Shown here: positions 1 through 17,385 of the stretch, one piece after another | How the letters are laid out: every line of letters begins with the position of its first letter | How positions within the stretch are numbered: the first letter of the stretch is position 1 | Source: the human T2T-CHM13v2.0 reference genome, Homo sapiens | Length of the DNA: 64,000 nt | Assembly: GCF_009914755.1 (NCBI RefSeq) | Contig: NC_060947.1 | Reading direction: 5' to 3' (one strand) | The notes under the pieces: model-generated | The model's database searches: none | What the model saw: the letters and a program-made list of their open reading frames with translations, nothing else | What the model was told of the DNA's origin: nothing | Position numbers and translations under genes: made by a program

Positions 1-445
1 GGCCAGAAATAATTTTGCATAAATAGCATTGATCTTCCAGGACCTCCCTTTGGGCTGAGTTTAGTGCAAAAGTCGCTGATGTTTTCACTTCCTTTGGTGG
101 GGACTTATTCAAGCTCAGTGAATCTCCTTAAATAATAACCTGTAGCCGGTTCCTAGAAGCCTCCTTTCCTCCTTTTCGTCCTTTCCTGGAGAGACTGGAT
201 CCTCAGCCATTACATGAAGATACCATCACTGAAGGCATCTCGTTGGTGCCCTGTTGGGTGGATTTTTCTTGATACGGAAGTCCAGGCCATGTCTCTCTCA
301 GGAATTCTGCCTCTGTGAGTGAGTGCTCATTCCAATGGGTAGCTGGGATCCCACAACTTTGCACTTTGCCTTATGTGTTGATACTGTTGACTGAGTTCAA
401 ACCTGCATGCTGGAAAGAATGAGGTTTAAACCGGGCCATTTTGTC

Positions 446-1062
446 TATGCTAGTGATATAAAAATGACATGCTCTGGAAAATAGTTTGGCAGTTTCTTTT
501 AAAAGTAGACATTGAGCAATCACCTGACTGTTGCACTCCTGGGTAGTTAGCCCAGAGAAATGAAGACTTTTGCTCACACAAAAACCTTTACGTCATGTTT
601 GTAACAGATTGGTTTGTAATACTCAAAAACTGGAAACAATTTAGATGTCCTTCATCAGCTGAGTAGGTAAACAAACTGTGATACATCTCTACCAGAGAAT
701 ACTATCTGATAACAAAAAAGAACAGATTATTAACATATGCAACAACCTGGGTGAATCTCCAGGGAATTATGTCAAGTGAAAAAGTAGCATTCTATGTAAT
801 TCTATGTATGTAGCATTCTTGACCTGGTAAAATTATAGAAATGGAAAACAGATTAGTTGTTGCCAGGGATTAAGGAGGGAGTGGGGGCAGAAGGGAAGTG
901 GGTATGGCTACAAATAGGCAACAGCAAGGATTCTTGTAGTGATAGAAATGTTTTGTATCTTGGCTATATCAATGTCAATATATGGGTTTGATATTGTACT
1001 ATCAAGATGTTACCACTGCAAGATGTTACCACTGAGGGAAACTCAGTAAAGAGTATATGAGA
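446..1062 (+). mobile_element. Old LINE-1 3' fragment (L1MC/L1MD-type)
   Basis: Degenerate L1 ORF2-end/3'UTR motifs: ctctggaaaatagtttggcagtttctt, cccagagaaatgaaga, aaaactggaaacaa, gggtgaatctccagggaattatg, caagatgttaccact. Confidence 0.8.
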
Positions 1063-1178
1063 AAACATAAAAATAATAATAAAGGCAGACATTGCTACCT
1101 AGGGAGAAGGTTGAAACTCACAGAAGGGGATGGGGACATCTCTGGGGACCATTATCTCTGCAGTAAGAGAGAAAAATA

Positions 1179-1951
<773 letters not shown>

Positions 1952-2145
1952 TGGGATTAGCGTTCTTACGGGAAGTAGAAGAGACACCAGAGCTCTCTCT
2001 CTCTCTCTCTCTATCTGCCATACGAGGACACAGGGAGAAGATACTGTCTATCCACCAAGAAGAGAATCCTCACCAGTAACTGAATCTGGTGGCATGCAAA
2101 CTGCAGGACTTCCAGTGTCCAAAACTATGAGAAATAAATGTGTAG

Positions 2146-2484
<339 letters not shown>

Positions 2485-2835
2485 TAGTGGATGGTATTGT
2501 GTGATGGCAGCCCCAGCCGACTAATACACTCAGTTTGCAGCAGCAGAGTCAACCAGCCTTCTACCCAGGTTGGTGCTTAGCATGAAAGTTGGACCAGCAC
2601 CCTTCCTTCTCCAAGTCATCATTCTTCACCAATTTCCCATCTCTGGGGAAGTCTAGATAATAGTTTGTAGATGCTGCTCACATTCTACGCAATACCAAGG
2701 AAGCATATGATTCAAGTAAGTAATTCAGCTTTATCATTTCCTTCGGCACCTGTTCGTAGATTCAGATCCATTCGTTCATTTCTTCACAGTCATCCGTCAG
2801 GCCAATGGGTATTTGCCACCTAAAAAGTAGATCAT

Positions 2836-3867
<1,032 letters not shown>

Positions 3868-4589
3868 TCAGGGACTGTGTGATGAAGACAGCTTTTCCCC
3901 AGCCAGGCTGGGTTAACGAGGCAGGAAGCGTTCGGTGACATCATGACACTGCTGTGCTGCCAGATAGAAAAGGAGAGATTTTCTGTCTCTGAAAACTCAA
4001 GGCAAAATAAATTGACCTCTGAGTGGAAATCTTTGCCACGGCTTCTCAGCCCACATTTTCAACCAGGAGAATTGTTTCTTAATTAAAAGAAAAAAAAAAA
4101 TACTCCAGCAAAGGAAAATAAGGGCTTCCATCTCAAGCCACAAATACTGCAGTAAGGGAAGATAAGGGCTTCCATCTCAATCCACCAACCTGTGTGCGGT
4201 TGGTCCCCACTGACTGGGGGGACCCCGTCTTGGTCCTCACTGCCTGGGGACCAGTGACCCCGTCTTCAGGCACCGATGTTGTCTTTGATCTGGGACTCTG
4301 CACCTTCACCCTGACACGACCCAGGGGTGCAAGGCAGACAGCAGCCGGCTGGCGGGTTGACGTGTAGGGTGGCGGGGAGCAGGGAGAGGTGGGCTCCGCA
4401 GAGAGCTGCTACCTGAACCCGTTCCCTGACATCATTTTGTTACACCCCTCCGAGACGCGGAGGGGGGTGCCTGGGCCTCCCTGTCAGGGCTCCATACCAG
4501 ACCCTGTGTCTGCAAATGGCAGCTTGTCAGCCTCATCAGGCAAGAGCGAGTCTAGCAGACGTTGCTTTTTTTTTTTTTTTTTTTCCAAT

Positions 4590-5850
4590 CCTGCCCCAGA
4601 GTCAATTAAAATACAGTAAGGCTGACATTTGCAGAATACAGAATGATCAAAGCCAAAAATGCCCATACAGCTTCTGACATAAAAACAGTGTGTTTGGCGG
4701 AAGACAGACACAGTGTAACAGGTCAGGTAATTATGAGAAAATCTATGATATATCTGTTGCAGTTGGTTAGTTTGTACACACGATCACAGCCATCAAAGAA
4801 AAGAGCGGGCTCTCTTCTCCTGACGGCTGCGAGAGCCGCTGACACCGTCTCGTGACGCTGATACAGATGGCTTCTGCAGACAGACTGAATTAATTTGACA
4901 GTAAATAGGGGGTAGCGGTTACTGCCTTCTTTAAATATCTATTTTTTAATTGCACCTGAGCAGGTTTTATTTTTGCCCTTCTGGGGATTTGCTGGCGAAG
5001 CATTTGGTGGTCTTATTAGCCATGCACTCTCCTCCCATTTCACGTTACAGCCCTGGGCACAGGTGTGTCCATGCACACACACACATACTGTCACACACAC
5101 ACACACACACGCATGCATGCATACAGCAAAGTTGTTTTTTATTGTTTGTTTGTTTTTCTGCTGTGTGTAAATACAGCACGTGCACAAACACACTTTCTGC
5201 TGTTTTATCGTTTGCATGCTAATTGCTTGAAAGTAATGCATTTTCTCCCCTCTCTTCCCAGCCCCCTCCTCCCAGAATCCATCCCCAACACCCAAAGCTG
5301 AACAGATGTGTTCATTATGGTGATTAAGGAATTCTCCCATCTTTTTGCCTCGATGTGTTTATTAAATTAATGAGGGATGAGACAGATGAATCTGTGCGCT
5401 CAGGGTACAACCAGGCAAAAGCCACGGGTGTATTTCACGGGGCTGGGTACTCTCTGCCATGCTCACATCGTAATTGGCTTAATGGGTTTTCCGTGATGCG
5501 GAATGTCTCTTTCCTCCTCTCTCAGGCAAACTAATTACAGCTTTTTACATTAAATTCTAATAGATTTCAATTTATCTCTTCTAAATTATCACAATAATTA
5601 CAGTAATAAATTAAGCACGTTGACACCATTCATGAACACACTTTGGGTCTGGCGTTACAGCAGCGTGGTGTTGCAGAGGCTGACTAAATAGACGTGCTGG
5701 CTGAGGATGATGGGGGCGGCGCTGGGAGAGAGTGTGTGTCTGTGTGTGTGCGAGCAGATTTGTGATGTTTTTCTGAAAGTCTGCAGAGAGTTCTCCCAAA
5801 AGAGAGTTGCATTAAAGGGTACGAATATTTAGAGAGAATCATTGTGTCTT
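4590..5850. promoter_or_regulatory. Candidate developmental enhancer / conserved non-coding element
   Basis: Island free of interspersed repeats, with dense TAATT(A/G), TGACAG (4896) and ATCAAAG (4646, 4792) motifs and retained CpGs; function inferred. Confidence 0.5.
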
Positions 5851-5874
5851 CTCTCAAGTTCCCTGGTTGGTTGG

Positions 5875-6195
<321 letters not shown>

Positions 6196-6230
6196 TTTTT
6201 TTTTTTTTTCTTTCCTATTTCCCCATTGGG

Positions 6231-6394
6231 TCCGATTCCCCTGCCTCAGCCTCCCGAGCAGCTGGGACTACAGGCACCCGCCACCACGCCCAGCTAATTT
6301 TTGTATTTTTAGTAGAGACGGGGTTTCACCATGTTGGCCAGGCTGGTCGCGAACTCCTGACCTCAGGTGATCCGCCCGCCTCGGCCTCCCAAAG
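6231..6394 (-). mobile_element. Alu internal fragment
   Basis: ctgcctcagcctcccgag...gcctcccaaag, both ends missing. Confidence 0.9.
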
Positions 6395-6881
6395 AGTGTG
6401 TTCATGTCTCACCAGCACAAATATGTAATCAACCGTGTCCCCTTTGCAGAGTAAGGTGGCCATGAGGTTTCAGGTATATTATCGGATCCTTCTATTCCAT
6501 TTTAATGACCTCCCATTATTTCTGCAGAGAAGGTGAAAGTTCCCCTTCAACATCCTTCATCACAGCCATCGCCCCCCAACTCCACTCGCCACTGCCACCC
6601 AGACGTCAAATCCTAGAGAGACTTCAGATGGCCGGGAGAGGCCTTCCTGGCTTTCTTTGTCACTCCACGCCGAATCCGAGTGTCACACGTGGCCCACCTG
6701 TGAAGTTCCTGGCCGGTGCTGATATAAATGGTAACAGGGCCGATGGCCTGCGATTGTCAGAGATTGATTTAGACAGGTGACTTCTTCTGCTTTGTAAGGT
6801 AATGAGACCGAACTTTCAGACTAACTTTCCAAACTCTGGAGGTGACGGCTTCAGTGCAGTCAGTTGATGTAAAAGTTTATC

Positions 6882-7042
6882 GGCAGGCAGCGGTGGCTCA
6901 CGCCTGGAATCCCACAACTTTAGTAGAGACAGGGTTTCACCGTGTTGGCCAGGCTGGTCTCAAACGCCTGACCTAACGTGATCCACCTGTCTTGGCCTCC
7001 CAGAGTGCTGGAATTACGACCGTGAGCCACCACGCCTGGCCC
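6882..7042. mobile_element. Inverted Alu fusion: + strand 5' head joined to - strand left arm
   Basis: cggtggctcacgcctggaatcccacaacttt followed directly by agtagagacagggtttcacc. Confidence 0.85.
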
Positions 7043-7054
7043 AACAAAACTTAT

Positions 7055-7363
7055 TTAATTTTTATTTTATTTGTTTATTTTTTGAGACAGAGTCCCACTC
7101 TGTCGCCTAGGCTGGAGTACAGTGGCGCAATCTCGGCTCACTGCAACCTCCGCTCTTGGGTTCAAGCGATTCTCCTGCCTCAGCCTCCCGAGTAGCTGGG
7201 ACTACACGTGCCTGCCACCACACCTAGCTCATTTTTGTATTTTAGTAGAGACAGGGTTTCACCATGTTGGCCAGGCTGGTCTCAAACGCCTGACCTAACG
7301 TGATCCACCTGCCTTGGCCTCCCAGAGTGCTGGGATTACAAACGTGAGCCACCACGCCTGGCC
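7055..7363 (-). mobile_element. AluS, full length
   Basis: Reverse-complement Alu flanked by caacaaaacttattt. Confidence 0.95.
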
Positions 7364-7517
7364 CAACAAAACTTATTTTAAATTAAGTTTCCAGTTAAAC
7401 TTATTGGAACACAGGCATGTGGTAAAATCTAAAATTTAATTTAAAATTTAAAAGCATTCCAATTAAAGTGAAATTAAATGCAACTAAATTGAAAATAAAA
7501 TTAAAATGTATAATGTA

Positions 7518-7728
7518 GGGCACAGTGGCTCGTGCCTGTAATCCCAGCACTTTGGGAGGCCGAGGCGGGTGGATCATCTGAGGTCAGGAGTTAAAGACCA
7601 GCCTGGCCAACATGGTGAAACCCCGTCTCTAATAAAAATACAAAACTTAGCTATGCATGGTGGCAGTCACCTGTAGTTTCAGCTACTTGGGAGGCTGAGG
7701 TGGGAGAATCACTTGAACCCAGGAGGGG
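7518..7728 (+). mobile_element. AluS truncated in right arm
   Basis: Left arm, linker, right arm ends at gaacccaggagg. Confidence 0.92.
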
Positions 7729-8362
7729 GAAACGTGGGTGTGATGGCTGGAGCCCCAGCAGCTGTTTCTGACTCTGAGGTGTTGCTGGAATAGACATAGG
7801 GGAAGCTTGACATTCTGCACCCATTTCTGCTTCTTGCTGGGAGAAAGGTGGGTGTGAGGGCGGGAGCCCCAGCATCCACGTTGGACTCTGAGGCAGTGCT
7901 GGAATTGACATAGGGGAAGCTTGCCATTCTTCACCCATTTCTGCTTCTTGCTGGGGGAAAGGTAGGTGTGAGGGCTGGAGTCTCAGCAGCCACCTTGGAC
8001 TCTGAGGTGATGCTGGAATGAATATATGGGGAAGTTTGCCATTCTTCACCCATTTCTGCTTCTCTTTGGGGGAAAGGTGGGTGTGAGGGCTGGAGCCATA
8101 GCAGCTGTTTTGGACTCTGAGGTGATGCTGGAATGAACACATCAGAGAGCTTGCCATTCTTCAGCCATTCCTGCTTCTTGCTGGAGGAAAGGTGGGTGAG
8201 AGGGCTGGAGTCTCAGCAGCCACCTTGGACTGTGAGGTGATGCTGGAATGGACATAGGGGAAGCTTGACATTCTTCAGCCATTTCTGCTTCTTGCTGGTG
8301 GAAAAGTGGGTGTGAGGGCTGGAGCCCCAGCAGCTGTTTTGGACTCTGAGGTGACACTGGAA
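7729..8362. repeat. ~115-bp tandem repeat, ~5.5 diverged copies
   Basis: aaggtgggtgtgagggctggag...ggactctgaggtgatgctggaat...ccatttctgcttcttgctgg recurs at ~7731, 7844, 7958, 8073, 8188, 8302. Confidence 0.92.
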
Positions 8363-8459
8363 GTGAAAATCTCATATGCAGAATCCTGGGTCCTGGGAGG
8401 AGCACACAGTCCTGGGGTGGCTTCTGCAAGTCCTCCTTTTTCTTCTACTTCTTCTTCTT

Positions 8460-8700
<241 letters not shown>

Positions 8701-8701
8701 A

Positions 8702-9630
<929 letters not shown>

Positions 9631-10249
9631 TAGAAAGGATCTTTAAAAAGGCAGAACAGAAAGACAGAGAGGAGTGACGCTTTAACATTCATGCAAGATG
9701 GTTAGAAATCCAAAGGGGAGTGAAAAATCAGGATCGAGACAGGTGGCTCACACCCATGGAATCTGCAGCCACCCCCAAAAAAACCCACATGGGCTGTGCC
9801 CTTTGGAAGCTCCAGGAGCAAGCAGCCCCCACGCCAGCTTCCTCATCCATCTGTGGCATTGGTTGTTGGGCATTTGAAATTGCAAGGTGTCTGCCTGCAT
9901 TCCATAACGTGCCACAGAAACAAAAGGAGCAATCTCTCTCCCCTGATGGAAGCCAACAGCTGCTAAGAGGCCCGGAATGAGTGTGAGGAGATGATGAGCC
10001 TAGAGACCTGCTCCAGGATCAGGCAGCCGCCGAGTGGGAATGAGCCGGTCAGCAGGCATCTGCCATCATTGCTCCCCAAAGCAGGGGTTCCCCAGGTGCC
10101 CTCAGCCCCGCCCAGCCTCAAGGGTGGCTCTGAGACCACTGTGTGCTGGAATCAGCTGGACAGAAGGTGGCTGGCTGGAGAGGGTCATGGCTGGATGGGC
10201 ACCTGGTAGCCTGTGGCCCTGGCCTGGGTTCAGGGAGGGTGTGGGCAGA

Positions 10250-11128
10250 GGGCAGGAGGAAGGTGGGGAGGAAGACACAGCAGGAGAAGGAGTAGGTGAA
10301 GGGAGCCAGGCTGGGGGAAGAAGAGGAGGAGGAGGAGATGGAGGAGGAGGAGATGGAGATGGAGAAGTTAGAGGAGGAGGAGATGGAGAAGTTAAAGGAG
10401 GAGGAGATGGAGAAGGAGGAGATGGAAGAGGAGGACGAGATGGAGGAGGAGGAGATTGAGGAGGAGGAGATGGAGAGGAGGAGAAAATGGAGGAGGAGGA
10501 GGAGAAGATGGAGGAGAAGGAGGAGATGGCAAAGGAGGAGATGGTGGAGATGGAGGAGGAGATAGAGGAGAAGGAGGAGATGGTAGAGATAGAGGAGGAG
10601 GAGAAGATGGAGGAGGAGCAGATGGAGGAAATGGAGAGGGAGGAGGAGATGGAGATGGAGGAGGAGGAGCTGGAGGAAGAGCAGACAGAGGAGATGGAGA
10701 TGGACAAGGAGGAGAGGGAGGAGGAGGAGATGGAGGAGGTGGAGTAGATGGAAGAGGAGGAGGAAGAGATGCAGGAGATAGAGGAGGAGGAGGAGGAGCT
10801 GGAGGAAGAGCAGATGGAGAAAGAGGAGACAGAGGAGATAGAGATGGAAGAGATGGTGGCGGAGGAGGAGGAGATGGAAGAGGAGGAGGAAGAGATGCAG
10901 GAGATAGAGGAAGAGCAGGAGGAGATGGAGGAGGAGGAGACAAAGGAGGTAGAGATGGAGGAGATAGAGGAGGAGGAGATGGAGGAAGAGCAGAAGGAGG
11001 AAGAGGAGACAGAGGGGATAGAGATGGAGGAGATGGAGGAGGAGATGGAAGAGGAGGAGGAAGAGATGCAGGAGATAGAGGAGGAGGAGGAGGAGATGGA
11101 GGAAGAGGAGATGGAGGAGAGTGGGGAG
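10250..11128. repeat. Purine-rich (GAG/GGA)n repeat punctuated by ATG/ATA
   Basis: gaggaggaggagatggag... for ~870 bp. Confidence 0.95.
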
Positions 11129-11724
11129 ATTTTCCTGCTCGAAACAGTGCTCAGCTTTGGGTATGGTGATCAGCACCACGTGTTACTTTGTTTGACAAAC
11201 ATGCTTCAAAAAAAAAAAAAGACACAGGAACGTGATTTCCACACAATATTTTAAAATACCACTGTCAGGAATTAATCACATGCAAACAGATATTGTTTTC
11301 TGGACTTAAACAACTTTGAAAATGTCACATAATGTTGCTTTTCTGTATGGTTTTTTATTCCTTTTAAGTTTTATTCCAATGAGGTTTTAAGAGAGGTAAG
11401 TTGCATAAATATCATATCAAGGTATTATAAGTAACTACATTTAAAATGACAAATCTGTGATCAGAAATGTGAAGTTTGATCCAGATGAACAGGGACTCTC
11501 AAAGGGCACGAAACAACCACTCGTGAGGATCTGATTCAAATGCAAAATTGACCCCTGCAATTGAAACCACAGTTATAATAAAAAGATATCCTAAACCAAT
11601 TGAAACCAAAATTTCCAAAAATATACTTTTTAAAAAGATCAGAAATGAAAAAGTGTGAGTAAAATAAAGCAACTCAGCTAATCTCCTTTGAAAGTGAATT
11701 TGGTATGAGATTTGAAGTATGATT

Positions 11725-13545
11725 TGTGGTCTGTGATGCTCAACTGGTGTGGATGGAGCTGATCTATGGTCTGTGATCCTCACCTGGTGTGGATGGAGCT
11801 GATCTATGGTCTGTGATGCTCCCCTGGTGTGGATGGAGCTGATCTATGGTCTGTGATGCTCCCCTGGTGTGGATGCAGCTCATCCATGGTCTGTGAGGCT
11901 CACCTGGGGTGGATGGAGCTAATCTATGGTCTGTGATAGTCACCTAGTGTGAATGGGGAAGGGCCATGGTCTGTGATGCTCCCCTGCTGTGCATGGAGCT
12001 GATCTATGGTCTGTGATGCTCACCTGGTGTGGATGGAGCTGATCTATGGTCTGTGATGCTCACCTGGTGTGGATGCAGCTCATCCATGGTCTGTGAGGCT
12101 CACCTGGGGTGGATGGAGCTAATCTATGGTCTGTGATAGTCACCTAGTGTGAATGGGGAAGGGCCATGGTCTGTGATGCTCCCCTGCTGTGCATGGAGCT
12201 GATCTATGGTCTGTGATGCTCACCTGGTGTGGATGGAGCTGATCTATGGTCTGCGATACTCCCCTGGTGTGGATGGAGCTGATCTATGGTCTGTGATGCT
12301 CCCCGGGTGTGGATGGGGCTGATCTATGGTCTGTGATGCTCACTTGGTGTGGATGGAGCTGATCTATGGTCTGCGATACTCACTTGCTGTGGATGGAGCT
12401 GATCTATGGTCTGTGATACTCATCTGGTGTGGATGCAGCTCATCCATGGTCTGTGAGGCTCACCTGGTGTGGGTGGAGCTAATCTATGGTCTGTGATACT
12501 CACCTAGTGTGAATGGGGAAGGGCCATGGTCTGTGATGCTCCCCTGCTGTGCATGGAGCTAATCCATGGTCTGTGATGCTCACCTGGTGTGGATGGGGCT
12601 GATCTATGGTCTGCGATACTCCCCTGGTGTGGATGGAGCTGATCTATGGTCTGTGATGCTCCCCGGGTGTGGATGGGGCTGATCTATGGTCTGTGATGCT
12701 CACCTGGTGAGGATGCAGGTCATCCATGGTCTGTGATGCTCACCTGGTGTGGGTGGAGCTAATCTATGGTCTGTGATACTCACCTAGTGTGAATGGGGAA
12801 GGGCCATGGTCTGTGATGCTCCCCTGCTGTGCATGGAGCTAATCCATGGTCTGTGATGCTCACCTGGTGTGGGTGGAGCTGACCTATGCTCTGTGATGCT
12901 CACCTGGTGTGGATGGGGCTGATCTATGGTCTGTGATACTCATCTGGTGTGGGTGGAGCTGATCTATGGTCTGTGATACTCACCTGGTGAGGATGCAGGT
13001 CATCCATGGTCTGTGATGCTCACCTGGTGTGGGTGGAGCTAATCTATGGTCTGTGATACTCACCTAGTGTGAATGGGGAAGGGCCATGGTCTGTAATGCT
13101 CACCTGGTATAGATGGAGCTGATCTGTAGTCTGTGATGCTCAACTGGTGTGGATGGAGCTGATCTATGGTCTGTGATACTCATCTGGTGTGAATGGGGAA
13201 GGGCCATGGTCTTTGATGCTCCCCTGGTGTGGATGGAGCTAATCTATGGTCTGTGATACTCACCTGGTGTGGATGGAGCTGATCTGTAGTCTGTGATGCT
13301 CAACTGGTGTGGATGGAGCTGATCCATGGTCTGTGATGCTCAACTGGTGTGGATGGAGCTGATCTATGGTCTGTGATGCTCACCTGGTGTGAATGGGGGA
13401 GGGCCATGGTCTGTGATGCTCACTTGGTGTGGATGTAGCTGATCTTTGGTCTGTGATGCTCCCCTGGTGTGGATGGAGCTGACACATGGTCTGTGATGCT
13501 CCCCTGCTGTGTATGTAGCTCACCCACGGTCTGTGATGCTCATGT
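11725..13545. repeat. 40-bp minisatellite, ~45 copies
   Basis: Consensus ctgtgatgctcacctggtgtggatggagctgatctatggt; register is held without indels. Confidence 0.98.
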
Positions 13546-14179
13546 GGGTCAGGTGTGGGTATCATATGGCCTATAGTCTGAAGCTCACCTGGACCAGCTC
13601 TCGCTGCTGCTGAAACAGGGACTCACAGGCATGTCTCCCACGGAACTGTGCCTGGGTTATTTAAGGACTGTGACCACTGACCCATGGAGCTGAGAGCACT
13701 TAACTGGTGTGGAGAAAGTGGGTTTTATACATGCATGCTGTGAAAATATTTTTATATCAGAATTAGGAACTAAATGTTATAATTAAACACATCTCTCCAA
13801 TTAAGTTCTTGAGCCAGCTAATTGCATGAGTCCACATAAACTTGCTTTAAAAAATAACAGTAGCCCATTTCACCTTATAGAAACTAAATTACCTCTTTAG
13901 CCACTAAGCATATACACAGATTATACCCATTAGCTTTTTATTTTTCTATCTTTACATAATGGAAATGCCTGAAAAATTGAGGGTGAAAAAAACCTCAAGG
14001 CTTGAGGTCTGGCTTGAAATTAAGTGTGTTCTGCTCATTGTCACCAATTTTGTCTTAAATTACAAGGTGCGATTTCACATAAACATGAGTGTTAGTGTCA
14101 AATTCCCCTTGTGGTCTCATCGGTATCTGCTATGTCTGCACAGCCCACAAACACAGGGCCAGGCTGGGCTCAGCATGAA

Positions 14180-14300
14180 ATCGTGACTCTCCTATTTCTT
14201 CCTGTGTGTGAACCTGGCAAACTTTAAAAAATAGAATAAATAAAATCGCTCTGTGCCTAAGCTTCCTCATTAGAAAAGTAAAAAGAAAGGTAAAATATTC
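14180..14300 (+). mobile_element. MIR-like fragment
   Basis: tgtgtgaacctggcaa...ctctgtgcctaagcttcctcattagaaaa resembles the MIR core. Confidence 0.5.
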
Positions 14301-14317
14301 CTCCAAACATACTTTTA

Positions 14318-14653
<336 letters not shown>

Positions 14654-14671
14654 CTAGTGGGAGTGTTAAAT

Positions 14672-15572
<901 letters not shown>

Positions 15573-15640
15573 AATTGGACAGCGTAAAATGGGGCTGGAA
15601 ATTCTTCTCCTGCACATAGAGATTTAAAGAATGCTTTCAG

Positions 15641-15955
<315 letters not shown>

Positions 15956-16577
15956 AATGAAAGCATGCTTTCAGGAAACATGTTGATGATTTTAAAATAT
16001 GACATGTTGGGACCAAATTCTTAGAAAGCTGCAGAAGTTCACTGTGCCCCTCACTTTTTTGTGAGACTCCCCTGCATTCTCGACCCACGTTGTCTGGTAA
16101 AACTCCAAAAGTCACTCCGGGGGGTGATTGGCCCACATCGATTTATCTGGGCCAACGTGAAGGGCTCTCTGAACAATGGGCCTTGACGAGAGACCCCAGA
16201 ACCTGCTCACAAAAACACTCAAACAGAACCTCGGTTGTCTCTCTCTCATGTAGAAGCACTGTGTCTCGTCCGTTTGAATTTTCCTAAAATTTCACTGGTA
16301 AATATCCACAAGGAAAAGAACACAGAACTGGCTCGGCTGCTCTGCCCCAGAGGTTGGAATAAGAAAGCTCATCTCAGTAACGTGGCCGGGACGTTCCAAG
16401 CTCTCGGGCTCAGGAAACGGGTGGTGAATTGGCAGGTGCTCAAGGGTGTCACAGATTTCGTTTTCAAAGACCAATAGTTGATTGTAGAAGGGCACCTGCC
16501 CATCTGTGAGGTTAGGCCTGGGAAACAAACCTTGTCTGCTGTTTGGGCTACGGTCACTAACTCTTCAAATCCCACGT

Positions 16578-17354
16578 TGAGAGAAAGAGAGAGAGACAGA
16601 GAAAGAGAGAGAAGGAGAGAGAGAAAGAGGGAAGGAGAGAGAGAAAGAGGGAAGGAGAGAGAGAGAGACAGAAGAGAGAGGAGAGAGAGACAGAGGAGAG
16701 ATAGAAGGAGAGAGAGAGACAGAGGAGACAGAAGGAGAGAGAGAGACAGGGAGAGAGAAGGAGCGAGAGAGAGACAGGGAGAGAGAGGAGAGAGAGACAG
16801 AGGAGAGATAGAAGGAGAGAGAGAGACAGAGGAGACAGAAGGAGAGAGAGAGACAGGGAGAGAGAAGGAGCGAGAGAGAGACAGGGAGAGAGAGGAGAGA
16901 GAGACAGAGGAGAGATAGAAGGAGAGAGAGAGACAGAGGAGACAGAAGGAGAGAGAGAGACAGGGAGAGAGAAGGAGCGAGAGAGAGACAGAGGAGACAG
17001 AAGGAGAGAGAGAGACAGGGAGAGAGAAGGAGCGAGAGAGAGACAGGGAGAGAGAGGAGAGAGAGACAGAGGAGAGATAGAAGGAGAGAGAGAGACAGAG
17101 GAGACAGAAGGAGAGAGAGAGACAGGGAGAGAGAAGGAGCGAGAGAGAGACAGAGGAGACAGAAGGAGAGAGAGAGACAGGGAGAGAGAAGGAGCGAGAG
17201 AGAGACAGGGAGAGAGAGGAGAGAGAGACAGAGGAGAGATAGAAGGAGAGAGAGAGACAGAGGAGACAGAAGGAGAGAGAGAGACAGGGAGAGAGAAGGA
17301 GCGAGAGAGAGACAGAGGAGACAGAAGGAGAGAGAGACAGAGGAGAGAGATGGA

Positions 17355-17385
<31 letters not shown>

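Noticed and set aside
1003-1034. 16-bp direct repeat caagatgttaccactg
   Set aside because: A small local duplication inside a dead L1; no sign of function.
4590-5850. Naming this block as a specific SHOX CNE (e.g. CNE7 or CNE9)
   Set aside because: I cannot verify identity or genomic coordinates without alignment, so it is kept as a candidate only.
7651-8429. Repetitive Pro/Gln-rich ORFs
   Set aside because: Products of the ~115-bp tandem repeat; the frame is not maintained between units.
10102-11254. Poly-Glu, poly-Gly and poly-Pro ORFs
   Set aside because: Low-complexity GAG/GGA repeat with an in-frame stop and no recognisable domain.
11725-13545. CRISPR-like regular array
   Set aside because: Contiguous tandem units with no unique spacers, no cas genes, and a primate context; the same holds for the 36-, 49-bp and compound arrays.
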